Below, piece after piece: positions 39,996 to 48,477 of a stretch of 64,000 nucleotides of DNA. Location of the stretch: contig JAQVYH010000001.1 in NCBI GenBank assembly GCA_029004515.1, positions 830-64,829 of the forward strand, given 5' to 3'. Position 1 is the stretch's first letter; the number at the start of each line of letters is the position of its first letter. Below the pieces are notes generated by a model. That model did no database searches. It was not told where the DNA came from and was given only the letters and a program-made list of their open reading frames with translations. Position numbers and translations under genes: made by a program. The DNA comes from Eubacteriales bacterium (GTDB taxonomy: Bacteria > Bacillota > Clostridia > Monoglobales > UMGS1388).

Positions 39996-40856
39996 GTGAA
40001 TATAATGCAAATCGATATTATAAGGTATATACAACAGATAGCCAACCCTTTCTGGGATTTCCTTTTCACAGGTGTATCAATTCTTGGTGAAGAAGTATTT
40101 CTTATTTCCCTGCTTGGATGGGTTTATTGGTGTTTTGATAAAAGGCTAGGTTATAAAATCGGTTTTCTTTATGTTATCAACGCGCCGCTTAACTTTATCC
40201 TGAAGTGGATTTTCAACGCACCCCGTCCTATTGGTCAGGATGGCATAAGAACGATTTATGCAGATACTGCCACAGGAAGCTCCTTTCCTAGTGGTCATTC
40301 GCAGCTTGGTGGCGGATTGTTTTATTTCTTTTTCAAAAACAGTACAAATCGTGTGTGGAAGATCGTTTTTATTATAATAGCTCTGTTTATACCGCTTTCT
40401 CGTTTGTATCTTGGCGTGCATTTTCCAATCGATGTTGTTGCAGGCTTTGTGGTGGGGATTGGTGTTGTATATCTTGCAGACTATGTGTTTGAAGCGTTAT
40501 ATGAAAAGCACACCGAATATTTTCTTCTTTTTGCTCTTCCTGCTCTGGTCTATGCTTTTATTGATGGCGGCGAGGATATATACAAGGTGGCAGGTCTTGT
40601 AACCTCTTTTGTGATTGGGATGATTGTGGAAAAGCGATTTATCAATTTCCCCGTCGAGGCAAGGCTTACATATCAGATTATTAAATATGTTTTAGGCATT
40701 TGTGCGGTTATGGCAATTCGTGTTGGACTAAAAAGGGTTCTGCCTGATGCTTTGTGGGCAGGATTTGTAAGATATTTTGCCTTAGGCGTATATGTAACAA
40801 TTATCCATCCATGGGCAATAAAAAGATTCACAAAAAATCTGCATAAAATCATCTAA
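39996..40856 (+). CDS. PAP2-family lipid phosphatase (BcrC/undecaprenyl-diphosphatase-like)
   Basis: PAP2 motifs KWIFNAPRP, FPSGHS and SRLYLGVHFPIDV, with several TM helices. The start is either the GTG at 39996 or the ATG at 40005. Confidence 0.85.
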   Translation: MNIMQIDIIRYIQQIANPFWDFLFTGVSILGEEVFLISLLGWVYWCFDKRLGYKIGFLYVINAPLNFILKWIFNAPRPIGQDGIRTIYADTATGSSFPSGHSQLGGGLFYFFFKNSTNRVWKIVFIIIALFIPLSRLYLGVHFPIDVVAGFVVGIGVVYLADYVFEALYEKHTEYFLLFALPALVYAFIDGGEDIYKVAGLVTSFVIGMIVEKRFINFPVEARLTYQIIKYVLGICAVMAIRVGLKRVLPDALWAGFVRYFALGVYVTIIHPWAIKRFTKNLHKII

Positions 40857-40885
40857 ATCAGCAGAAAATTATATCGGGTGATATA

Positions 40886-41329
40886 ATGGATAAAAATTGT
40901 ACAGATAAGCAGTATGCTCACTATGTCAAAGCCAAGATGCCTAAGTCAAAGATTTGGAAGAACATGTGTTTTGCATTTATAATTGGTGGTATTATCTGCG
41001 TTATAGGTCAGGCATTGAAAGATTTTTATTTGTATCTTGGCCTTACCGATACAGATTCCGGCACATGGGTTTCAGCGACGCTTATATTTTTAGGTGCATT
41101 TTTGACAGGTATTGGCGTGTATGATAAAATTGCAGTCTTTGCAGGCGGGGGAACAATAGTACCAATCACTGGTTTTGCCAATTCTATCGTATCTCCGGCA
41201 ATGGAGTTCAAAAGCGAGGGAATTGTTTTGGGACTGTGTGTAAAGATGTTTTCCGTGGCAGGGCCGGTTATCGTTTTTGGTACATTAATAAGTATGGTAA
41301 TCGGAATTGTCTATGCAATCATAGGATAA
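40886..41329 (+). CDS. spoVAC: Stage V sporulation protein AC
   Basis: 147 aa. YAHYVKAKMPKSKIWKNMCFAFIIGGIICVIGQ and GGGTIVPITGFANSIVSPAMEFKSEG are typical of SpoVAC. Confidence 0.82.
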   Translation: MDKNCTDKQYAHYVKAKMPKSKIWKNMCFAFIIGGIICVIGQALKDFYLYLGLTDTDSGTWVSATLIFLGAFLTGIGVYDKIAVFAGGGTIVPITGFANSIVSPAMEFKSEGIVLGLCVKMFSVAGPVIVFGTLISMVIGIVYAIIG

Positions 41330-41336
41330 GGATAAT

Positions 41337-41382
41337 ATAGGGCGGAGCAATCCTTTTACAGGATTGTTCCACCCTATATTTT
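41337..41382 (+). terminator. Rho-independent terminator after spoVAC
   Basis: ATAGGGCGGAGCAATCC / GGATTGTTCCACCCTAT form a 17-bp stem (one mismatch, one G-U), followed by ATATTTT. Confidence 0.8.
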
Positions 41383-41528
41383 AACTTATTTGTAAAAAAT
41401 AATAGGTTGACTATTCCGTGCATAAATGTTATTATACAAATACAGAGTTGGGGTTTTGTAAGTATTTTAGGGGAAAATGAATTTAGAAAATAATTGAGTA
41501 CATATAAAATACATAGGAGGAAAAGACG

Positions 41529-44480
41529 ATGAAATCAACAAAAAGATTAGTCGCATTAATGCTGACAATCTGTATGGTATTGACATCAATTTTTACTGTT
41601 TCAATGCCTGTATATGCTGCAGACAATGCAGACTTTACAGATGTTAGCGAAGAAGCTTCATATCACGAAGCTGTGCGTGTGCTTAATGCACTTGGAATTA
41701 TTCTGGGTTATCCAGATGGAACCTTCCTTCCGGATAAAGCTGTAACAAGAGCTGAGTTTACAACTCTTCTTGTAAGGGCTATGGATATGGCGGAGATAGC
41801 GCAGCAGTCATATGTTCCAGCGAAGATGCCGTTCGATGATTGTAAAAACGAAAGCCTTGGCGTTTCTTACGCTTATCCAAATATCCTTTTTGCTTATGGC
41901 AAGGGTATCATTAATGGTATGGATGCAGTAACATTCGCACCTGAAAATGAAGTTACATATGAGCAGGCCGTTAAGATGATTGTTTCAGCAGCAGGCTATG
42001 GCTATGTTGTAGAAACAGAAGAAGGCGGATATCCTGATGGTTATCTTACAAGAGCTGCAAGCATGAAGATCCTTGGCGATGTTAAGGGTACTGTTGGCAT
42101 AGCGGCTACAAGATGGCAGATTGCACAGCTTATTTATAATGTGTTTGATGCTTATCTTATGGAAAAAGTTTCTAACGAAGGCAACTATTATGTTGTAAAT
42201 GAAAACAAGACATGGCTTAAGAGTTTCCTTAATCTTTACGAAGATTCAGGTATGATTACAGCTGACCATGTTACAAGCATTTCTTCAAGCACATCAATAC
42301 CAGGTCAGGGTCAGTGTTTTATCGATCTTGACAAAGGTAATGTAGAAGCTACATTTAATCTTGGTAAGTATAATGTATCTAAGCTTATTGGTAAGAATGT
42401 TCATGTTTTATATTCTTATGATGAATATAAAAAGGAGAACAACATTGTTTACCTTGGCGACCTTTCAAGTCTTACAACATCAATAAAGGTTAATGCTGAA
42501 GATGTTGAAGATTTAGGTGATCTTGACATTGTAAACGGCGGTATTGTTACATATATGAAGAATCCTGATAGTGATTATGCTAAAGAGGATACAATCACCG
42601 TTGCAAAGAACGTAACACTCGTTCTTAATGGCAAGGCTTACGCACCAAGTCGTTCACAGTTTGCAGCTGATATGGAAACACTTGTAGACGGCGAGATTGA
42701 ATTCATTACGGACAAACAGTCAGAAGAAGTTACAAAGATTTTTATCACAAAGGTTGACACATATGTTGCAAACTCAGTTACTACTGACTCAAGATCAGGT
42801 AAAGTTACTGTAATTGACCTTTATAGAAATACAAATCAGCAAAACTCTTTTGTTCTTGATGTTGAAGATGCAGCAAAGAACATATATATTTATGACAAGT
42901 CAGGTAATGTTGTAGAAAAATCAGCTATCACTAAATATAGCACTCTCAGCATCGTTGAAAGTAAGGCGAGCGCAGGCAGAGATGTTATGAATATCTATGT
43001 TTCTAATGCAACAATCAATGGTACTGTTTCGGAAATATCCGATGATGGTATAGTAACAATTAACAATAAGGAGTATAAAATATCTCCATATTACGAAACA
43101 TACGCTATTGGCAATGACAGAGCAAACGAAATTATTCTTAATACTACAGCAACATTCTATTTAGATAGAAATGACAGAATTACAGCTATGAAGAAGGGCG
43201 CAGACTTATACTCATATGCATATGTGTATGATATCGGAAGTGCCACAAATAGCACACTTGATGATGAATCATATGTATTAAGATATATTGATCAGACTGG
43301 TGTGGTTCAGAAAGAAATCGTAGACTATAAAATCGAATATGATGGCGACAGAAAAGACCCTGCATCTGGTATGCGTTATCTTCAAGCTGCGGCAGAGGCA
43401 ACAAACTATGACAAGAAGTATGATGAAAAAATTAGCTCACAGCTTATAAAGATTTCAAAGAATACAGCAGGAGATATTAAGACAATCGCTACTGTAAATA
43501 ATCTTGCAAGTGAATATTCTACAGATTTACTTAGTGGTTCTACGATTAAGTACGAAGAGTCTGATGAGGAAGATGGCACATACAAGCCAATGAAGTACAC
43601 ATATTCAACATCAGCAAGTGGTACTTTTGGCACAGACCCAAAGATTATTGTTAATTCAACTACAATCGTTTATGTTGTAGGCGCTGATCGTGATGAAGAC
43701 AACATAAAGAAGAGTACCGTTGCAAAAGAATTCTCATCTAACACAGATTACATTGTGGAACTTTTTGATGAAAGATCAAATATCGCAAAAGTTTGTATAG
43801 TATACAAAGATAAGACACAGGAAACTGTTACAGCTGCAACACCACTTACCATAATTGATAAGGTTACAAGCAAACAGAAGAAAAACAATGAAGGCAATGT
43901 TGGCGAAGGCGCTGATGTATATGTAGCTAAGACAACATTTGGAAGTAGCACAGTTGTTTCTGCTGATGAAGGTACTTTTACAGGCATGGGTGAAGGTAAC
44001 ATCTATAAGATGCTCAGCAACAATTATGGCGATGTAATAGGTGACAGCGAAGGCAGCGAACTTGTTTGGGATGTAACAACTCCAAATATGCCATCAGATA
44101 ACAAGTGGGTTAATGGTAGAGCTGAATCAGTAAATGGCGTGGCTTACAGAACCGTAGTTGGTGTTATTGAATCATTTGATTCTGAAGAAGGCGTAATCGT
44201 ATTTATTCCTACAACAGACATTGATTCAATTGATGCTGATGGAACTACACCAAGAGAAACATTTACAATTAACGTTTCAAGTATAACCGATTCTTCATGT
44301 GGATTCCTTGTGTATGATTCACAGTATGAAGACTCAGTATATAAGATCACTTATGATGAACTTGCAGGTAATATGGTTACATATAAGGATAACCCTGAAA
44401 ACGCAACAGAAGTTCTTATCTACCTTACTGGCTCATCATCAAATCTTACTCCAAAATTAATCTACGCAATACACAGATAA
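41529..44480 (+). CDS. Large cell-surface (S-layer-like) protein with N-terminal SLH domains
   Basis: GGAGG RBS. Signal peptide MKSTKRLVALMLTICMVLTSIFTVSMPVYA. SLH repeats FTDVSEEASYHEAVRVLNALGIILGYPDGTFLPDKAVTRAEFTTLLV and onward. The remaining roughly 750 aa match no family I recognise. Confidence 0.85.
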   Translation: MKSTKRLVALMLTICMVLTSIFTVSMPVYAADNADFTDVSEEASYHEAVRVLNALGIILGYPDGTFLPDKAVTRAEFTTLLVRAMDMAEIAQQSYVPAKMPFDDCKNESLGVSYAYPNILFAYGKGIINGMDAVTFAPENEVTYEQAVKMIVSAAGYGYVVETEEGGYPDGYLTRAASMKILGDVKGTVGIAATRWQIAQLIYNVFDAYLMEKVSNEGNYYVVNENKTWLKSFLNLYEDSGMITADHVTSISSSTSIPGQGQCFIDLDKGNVEATFNLGKYNVSKLIGKNVHVLYSYDEYKKENNIVYLGDLSSLTTSIKVNAEDVEDLGDLDIVNGGIVTYMKNPDSDYAKEDTITVAKNVTLVLNGKAYAPSRSQFAADMETLVDGEIEFITDKQSEEVTKIFITKVDTYVANSVTTDSRSGKVTVIDLYRNTNQQNSFVLDVEDAAKNIYIYDKSGNVVEKSAITKYSTLSIVESKASAGRDVMNIYVSNATINGTVSEISDDGIVTINNKEYKISPYYETYAIGNDRANEIILNTTATFYLDRNDRITAMKKGADLYSYAYVYDIGSATNSTLDDESYVLRYIDQTGVVQKEIVDYKIEYDGDRKDPASGMRYLQAAAEATNYDKKYDEKISSQLIKISKNTAGDIKTIATVNNLASEYSTDLLSGSTIKYEESDEEDGTYKPMKYTYSTSASGTFGTDPKIIVNSTTIVYVVGADRDEDNIKKSTVAKEFSSNTDYIVELFDERSNIAKVCIVYKDKTQETVTAATPLTIIDKVTSKQKKNNEGNVGEGADVYVAKTTFGSSTVVSADEGTFTGMGEGNIYKMLSNNYGDVIGDSEGSELVWDVTTPNMPSDNKWVNGRAESVNGVAYRTVVGVIESFDSEEGVIVFIPTTDIDSIDADGTTPRETFTINVSSITDSSCGFLVYDSQYEDSVYKITYDELAGNMVTYKDNPENATEVLIYLTGSSSNLTPKLIYAIHR

Positions 44481-44490
44481 TAATAAAAAA

Positions 44491-44530
44491 AATTCCACAC
44501 CATCTTTTATGAGTGGTGTGGAATTTTTTT
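44491..44530. terminator. Strong bidirectional terminator after the surface-protein gene
   Basis: AATTCCACACCA / TGGTGTGGAATT stem flanked by an A-run (5') and a T-run (3'). Confidence 0.88.
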
Positions 44531-44607
44531 ATACAGAAAATTCATAAAAACAATTTGTCCTTCATAGAATATACAAAATATATCAGCAAAAGTATGGAGG
44601 AATAGGT

Positions 44608-46086
44608 ATGGTAGAATACAGCATCTACAATGATATTTCTGAAAGAACCAATGGAGACGTCTATATTGGCGTGGTTGGCCCTGTAAGAACGGGTAAGTCA
44701 ACATTTATCCAAAGGTTTATGGACACTGTTGTTTTCCCTAATATGGAGAACGAGCACGAAAGAGAAAGAGCAATCGATGAGCTTCCGCAAAGTGCACAAG
44801 GCAGAACGATTATGACAACCGAGCCAAAGTTCGTGCCTAATGAGGCTGTTAATGTGTCTATGGACAATAACACCCACTTCAAGGTGCGCCTTATTGATTG
44901 TGTTGGCTATATTGTTCCTGGGGCAACGGGATATGACGAAGAGGATGGACCTCGAATGGTAAAAACCCCTTGGTTTGATGAGAACATCCCGTTTGAGAAG
45001 GCTGCAGAGCTAGGTACAAGAAAGGTTATATCTGATCATTCAACAATCGGACTGGTTATCACTACCGATGGTAGCATCACCGAGATTCCAAGAGAGGACT
45101 ATATTGCCGCTGAGGAGCGAGTTGTGAAAGAATTAGCAGAGGCAGGCAAGCCGTTCGTTGTATTGCTTAATTCAGCACAGCCCTATTCAGATAGTTGTAG
45201 CCAACTTGGCCGCCAACTACGTGAGAAGTATATGGTCCCTGTTATCCCCACTTCATGCGCTGCCCTTGATCAAGAGGAGATAAACAGGATTATTGAACAG
45301 ATTTTATATGAATTTCCTATTCAGGAGCTTTCTTTCAGGCTTCCATCCTGGGTAGCTTCTCTGGAAGATGACCATTGGCTTAAGACAGATTTACTAAAAA
45401 GCATTAAATCAGCTGCCGCTGATGCAACAAGACTTCGTGAGGCTGGGCGTGCGGCACAGGAGATTGGCGAAAACTCAAATGTTGAAAGTTGCGGAATTAG
45501 AACTATCAGGCCTGGCGAGGGTTGTGCGGAGCTGACAGTTGCACTTTCAGATGAATTATTCTATAAGATGCTTTCGGAGAAAACCGGTGTTCAGGTGGAA
45601 AATGATAATCAGCTATTGAATCTTTTTGCTGACTACGCTGCAACCAAGAAAAAGTACGATAGAATTGCAGGAGCGCTAGAAGAGGTCAAACAAAAGGGCT
45701 ATGGCATTGTTCCCCCAACTCTTGATGAATTAACTTTAGAAGAGCCTGAAATTATCAAGCAGGGTAGCAGATATGGTGTGCGTCTTCGTGCATCGGCACC
45801 GTCTATACATATGGTAAAGGCGAATATCGAGACGGAGGTAAGCCCTATAGTTGGTACGGAAAAACAGTCGGAGGAGCTTATAAAATATCTCCTTGATGAA
45901 TTCAAGTCGGATCCTATAAAAATTTGGGAATCCAATATGTTCGGGAAAACTCTTCACGAGCTGGTTAATGAAGGACTACACAACAAATTATCCAAAATGC
46001 CAGACGATGCACGTATGAAACTTCAGGAAACCCTTCAGAAGATAATCAACGAGGGTAGTGGCGGACTTATTTGTATTATATTATAA
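44608..46086 (+). CDS. spoIVA: Stage IV sporulation protein A (spore coat morphogenetic ATPase)
   Basis: 492 aa. IYNDISERTNGDVYIGVVGPVRTGKSTFIQRFM Walker A, with length and collinearity typical of SpoIVA. Confidence 0.95.
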   Translation: MVEYSIYNDISERTNGDVYIGVVGPVRTGKSTFIQRFMDTVVFPNMENEHERERAIDELPQSAQGRTIMTTEPKFVPNEAVNVSMDNNTHFKVRLIDCVGYIVPGATGYDEEDGPRMVKTPWFDENIPFEKAAELGTRKVISDHSTIGLVITTDGSITEIPREDYIAAEERVVKELAEAGKPFVVLLNSAQPYSDSCSQLGRQLREKYMVPVIPTSCAALDQEEINRIIEQILYEFPIQELSFRLPSWVASLEDDHWLKTDLLKSIKSAAADATRLREAGRAAQEIGENSNVESCGIRTIRPGEGCAELTVALSDELFYKMLSEKTGVQVENDNQLLNLFADYAATKKKYDRIAGALEEVKQKGYGIVPPTLDELTLEEPEIIKQGSRYGVRLRASAPSIHMVKANIETEVSPIVGTEKQSEELIKYLLDEFKSDPIKIWESNMFGKTLHELVNEGLHNKLSKMPDDARMKLQETLQKIINEGSGGLICIIL

Positions 46087-46092
46087 CATAGC

Positions 46093-46127
46093 AAAGCGGT
46101 ATGACTTTACATGGGTCATACCGCTTT
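46093..46127 (+). terminator. Hairpin after spoIVA (first copy of a perfect 35-bp duplicated hairpin)
   Basis: AAAGCGGTATGAC-TTTACATGG-GTCATACCGCTTT forms a 13-bp stem. It starts 7 nt after the spoIVA stop. An identical copy lies at 46371-46405. Confidence 0.7.
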
Positions 46128-46154
46128 CAGCGTGTCTTAAACTTATCGACACGC

Positions 46155-46245
46155 TGGCAGACTGCGAAAAAGGATGTTAAATTCGACATTTCCGACATCG
46201 TCGGCGTACGAGGGTACGGTAGAGGTCGGGAAGGACGAAAGCAAG
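46155..46245 (-). repeat. Copy D (inverted, shortened) of the dispersed structured intergenic repeat family
   Basis: CTGCGAAAAAGGATG...GACA...GGCGTACGAGGGTACGGTAGAGGT aligns with the reverse complement of 28395-28500 (CTGACGAAAAATGATG...GACA...GGCGTACGATGGTACGCCGAGAGGT). Confidence 0.6.
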
Positions 46246-46370
46246 TAATGGCGCAGGTTTTTCGATAAAAACTATGCCATTATAATTTTAAATTATTGTT
46301 GTATATAGAAGAAGCAAGAGATAAATATTTTATGTTTTGCTTGTGGTTGAACGACTTTTTCGATGGTCTG

Positions 46371-46405
46371 AAAGCGGTATGACTTTACATGGGTCATACC
46401 GCTTT
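46371..46405 (+). repeat. Second copy of the perfect 35-bp hairpin
   Basis: Identical to 46093-46127, and here followed by ATCTATTTT. Confidence 0.85.
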
Positions 46406-46445
46406 ATCTATTTTAATATTAATTTAAAAAATATTTGTAAACTAC

Positions 46446-46474
46446 TTGAATTATTATGTAAAAAAATGTATAAT
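46446..46474 (+). promoter_or_regulatory. Near-consensus sigma-A promoter of the xpt/nucleoside-transport operon
   Basis: TTGAAT (46446-46451), a 17-nt spacer, then TATAAT (46469-46474), about 30 nt upstream of the xpt ATG. Confidence 0.6.
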
Positions 46475-46504
46475 GATGTAAAAATGCATTAGTGAGGTAG
46501 TTTC

Positions 46505-47077
46505 ATGGATCTTCTTAAGCAGAGAATTCTGAAAGACGGTAAAGTTAGAAAGGGCAATGTCCTAAAGGTTGATAGTTTTATAAATCATCAGATGGACATT
46601 GCTTTGTTGTGTGAAATAGGTAAGGAATTCAGAAGACGATTCAGCGATGAAGGGATTACCAAAATACTCACAATTGAAGCTTCAGGCATTGGCATTGCAT
46701 GCATAACTGCGCAGTACTTTCAAGTGCCTGTTATTTTTGCGAAAAAAAGCCAGTCTAAAAACATAGATGGGGAAGTGTACACACAGAAGGTTGAATCCTT
46801 TACCCGTGGTAGAATATACGATGTGATTGTTTCCAAGGAATTTCTTCATCCTGAAGATAAAGTACTGCTTATAGATGATTTCCTTGCAAATGGCAGTGCT
46901 CTTCAAGGTCTTTATAACCTTGCAAAGGATGCTGGCGCAGATGTAGTTGGCGCCGGCATTGTTATTGAAAAGGGCTTCCAGCCTGGTGGAAAGATGCTCC
47001 GTGATATGGGACTAAAAATCGAATCCCTAGCAATTGTCGATTCTATGACGGACGATTCTCTTAGCTTCCGTGAATAA
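46505..47077 (+). CDS. xpt: Xanthine phosphoribosyltransferase
   Basis: MDLLKQRILKDGKVRKGNVLKVDSFINHQMD and the PRPP motif VLLIDDFLANGSA. Confidence 0.93.
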   Translation: MDLLKQRILKDGKVRKGNVLKVDSFINHQMDIALLCEIGKEFRRRFSDEGITKILTIEASGIGIACITAQYFQVPVIFAKKSQSKNIDGEVYTQKVESFTRGRIYDVIVSKEFLHPEDKVLLIDDFLANGSALQGLYNLAKDAGADVVGAGIVIEKGFQPGGKMLRDMGLKIESLAIVDSMTDDSLSFRE

Positions 47078-47119
47078 AAATAAAAATATATAACAAAAGC
47101 TTAAGGAGGAGATTTTTTA

Positions 47120-48325
47120 ATGAAAAATCTTAAAAAGGTACTTGCACTTGCACTTGTTCTTGTGATGTCACTCTCTTTTGTTGCGTGTAACAGTGAATCA
47201 ACAGAAGACTCAGACTTAAAGGTTGGTTTTATCTTCCTACATGATGAAAACTCAACTTACGACAAGAACTTTATGGACGCAGCAACAGCAATTAAGGAAA
47301 AGCTTGGTCTTAGTGACGATCAGGTAATCTACAAGACAAACATTGCTGAAGGTAATGATTGTTACGAAGCAGCAGCAGATCTTGCTGATCAGGGTTGCTC
47401 AATCATATTTGCTGACAGCTTTGGCCATGAACCTTACTTAATTAAGGCTGCAAAAGAATTCCCAGAAGTTATGTTCTGTCATTCAACAGGTACAAGAGCT
47501 CATACAGAAAAGCTTCCTAACTACTTTAATGCTTTCGCATCAATCTACGAAGGCAGATACCTTGCAGGTATTGCTGCTGGTATGAAGCTTAACGAAATGA
47601 TTGAAGCTGGTAAGTTCACAGCTGACCAGGCTAAGATTGGTTATATTGGTGCTTACACATATGCAGAAGTTATTTCAGGTTATACATCATTCTTCCTTGG
47701 TGCTCGTTCAGTATGCCCAACAGCTACAATGGAAGTTCAGTTCACAGGTAGCTGGTATGACGAAGCTCTCGAAAAGGAAGCTGCTACAAAGCTTATCAGC
47801 AATGGTTGCGTGCTTATCAGCCAGCATGCTGACTCAATGGGTGCTCCAACAGCTTGCGAAAACGCAGGTATCCCTAACGTTTCATACAACGGTAGCACAA
47901 TAGCTGCTTGTCCAGAAACATTTATTATTTCTTCAAGAATTGACTGGGCTCCTTACTACGAATTTGTTATTAACAGCGTTATTAACGGTGAAAAACTTCC
48001 TTACGACTGGTGTGGTGGTATCGAAGAAGGTTCTGTAGTACTTACAGAAATCAATGAAGCAGTTGCTGCAAAGGGCACAGCTGAAGCTATTGAAGATGCG
48101 AAGGCAGCTCTTATTGAAGGCACACTTAAGGTATTTGATACAGCATCATTTACAGTAGAAGGCAAGAAGCTTGATTCATACCTTGCTGATGTTGATACAG
48201 ACGAAGCTTACGAAAAGGATACAGAAGTAATCAAAGATGGTTATTTCCTTGAATCAGAATATCGTTCAGCTCCATATTTCGATCTTAACATCGATGGTAT
48301 TAAGCTTCTTAACACAATGTTCTAA
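47120..48325 (+). CDS. BMP-family (PnrA/Med-like) nucleoside-binding lipoprotein of an ABC transporter
   Basis: Lipoprotein signal ending in SFVAC, then KVGFIFLHDENSTYDKNF, GYIGAY and SWYD, typical of BMP family substrate-binding proteins. Confidence 0.88.
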   Translation: MKNLKKVLALALVLVMSLSFVACNSESTEDSDLKVGFIFLHDENSTYDKNFMDAATAIKEKLGLSDDQVIYKTNIAEGNDCYEAAADLADQGCSIIFADSFGHEPYLIKAAKEFPEVMFCHSTGTRAHTEKLPNYFNAFASIYEGRYLAGIAAGMKLNEMIEAGKFTADQAKIGYIGAYTYAEVISGYTSFFLGARSVCPTATMEVQFTGSWYDEALEKEAATKLISNGCVLISQHADSMGAPTACENAGIPNVSYNGSTIAACPETFIISSRIDWAPYYEFVINSVINGEKLPYDWCGGIEEGSVVLTEINEAVAAKGTAEAIEDAKAALIEGTLKVFDTASFTVEGKKLDSYLADVDTDEAYEKDTEVIKDGYFLESEYRSAPYFDLNIDGIKLLNTMF

Positions 48326-48346
48326 TATAGAAATCAGACGATTAAT

Positions 48347-48372
48347 AGGCGGAGCAATTGCCTGCTCCGCCT
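48347..48372 (+). terminator. Intra-operon hairpin after the binding-protein gene (attenuator or mRNA stabiliser)
   Basis: AGGCGGAGCA-ATTGCC-TGCTCCGCCT. The T-tract is weak (GTAATTGTTT). Confidence 0.5.
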
Positions 48373-48477
48373 GTAATTGTTTATGTTGTAGTTTTGAAAA
48401 GAGTTTATTGAAGGATAAATTGCTTTCAAAATTATACGCCACTTGAAGTAATGCTTTACAGAAAGGACGAAATCCAT

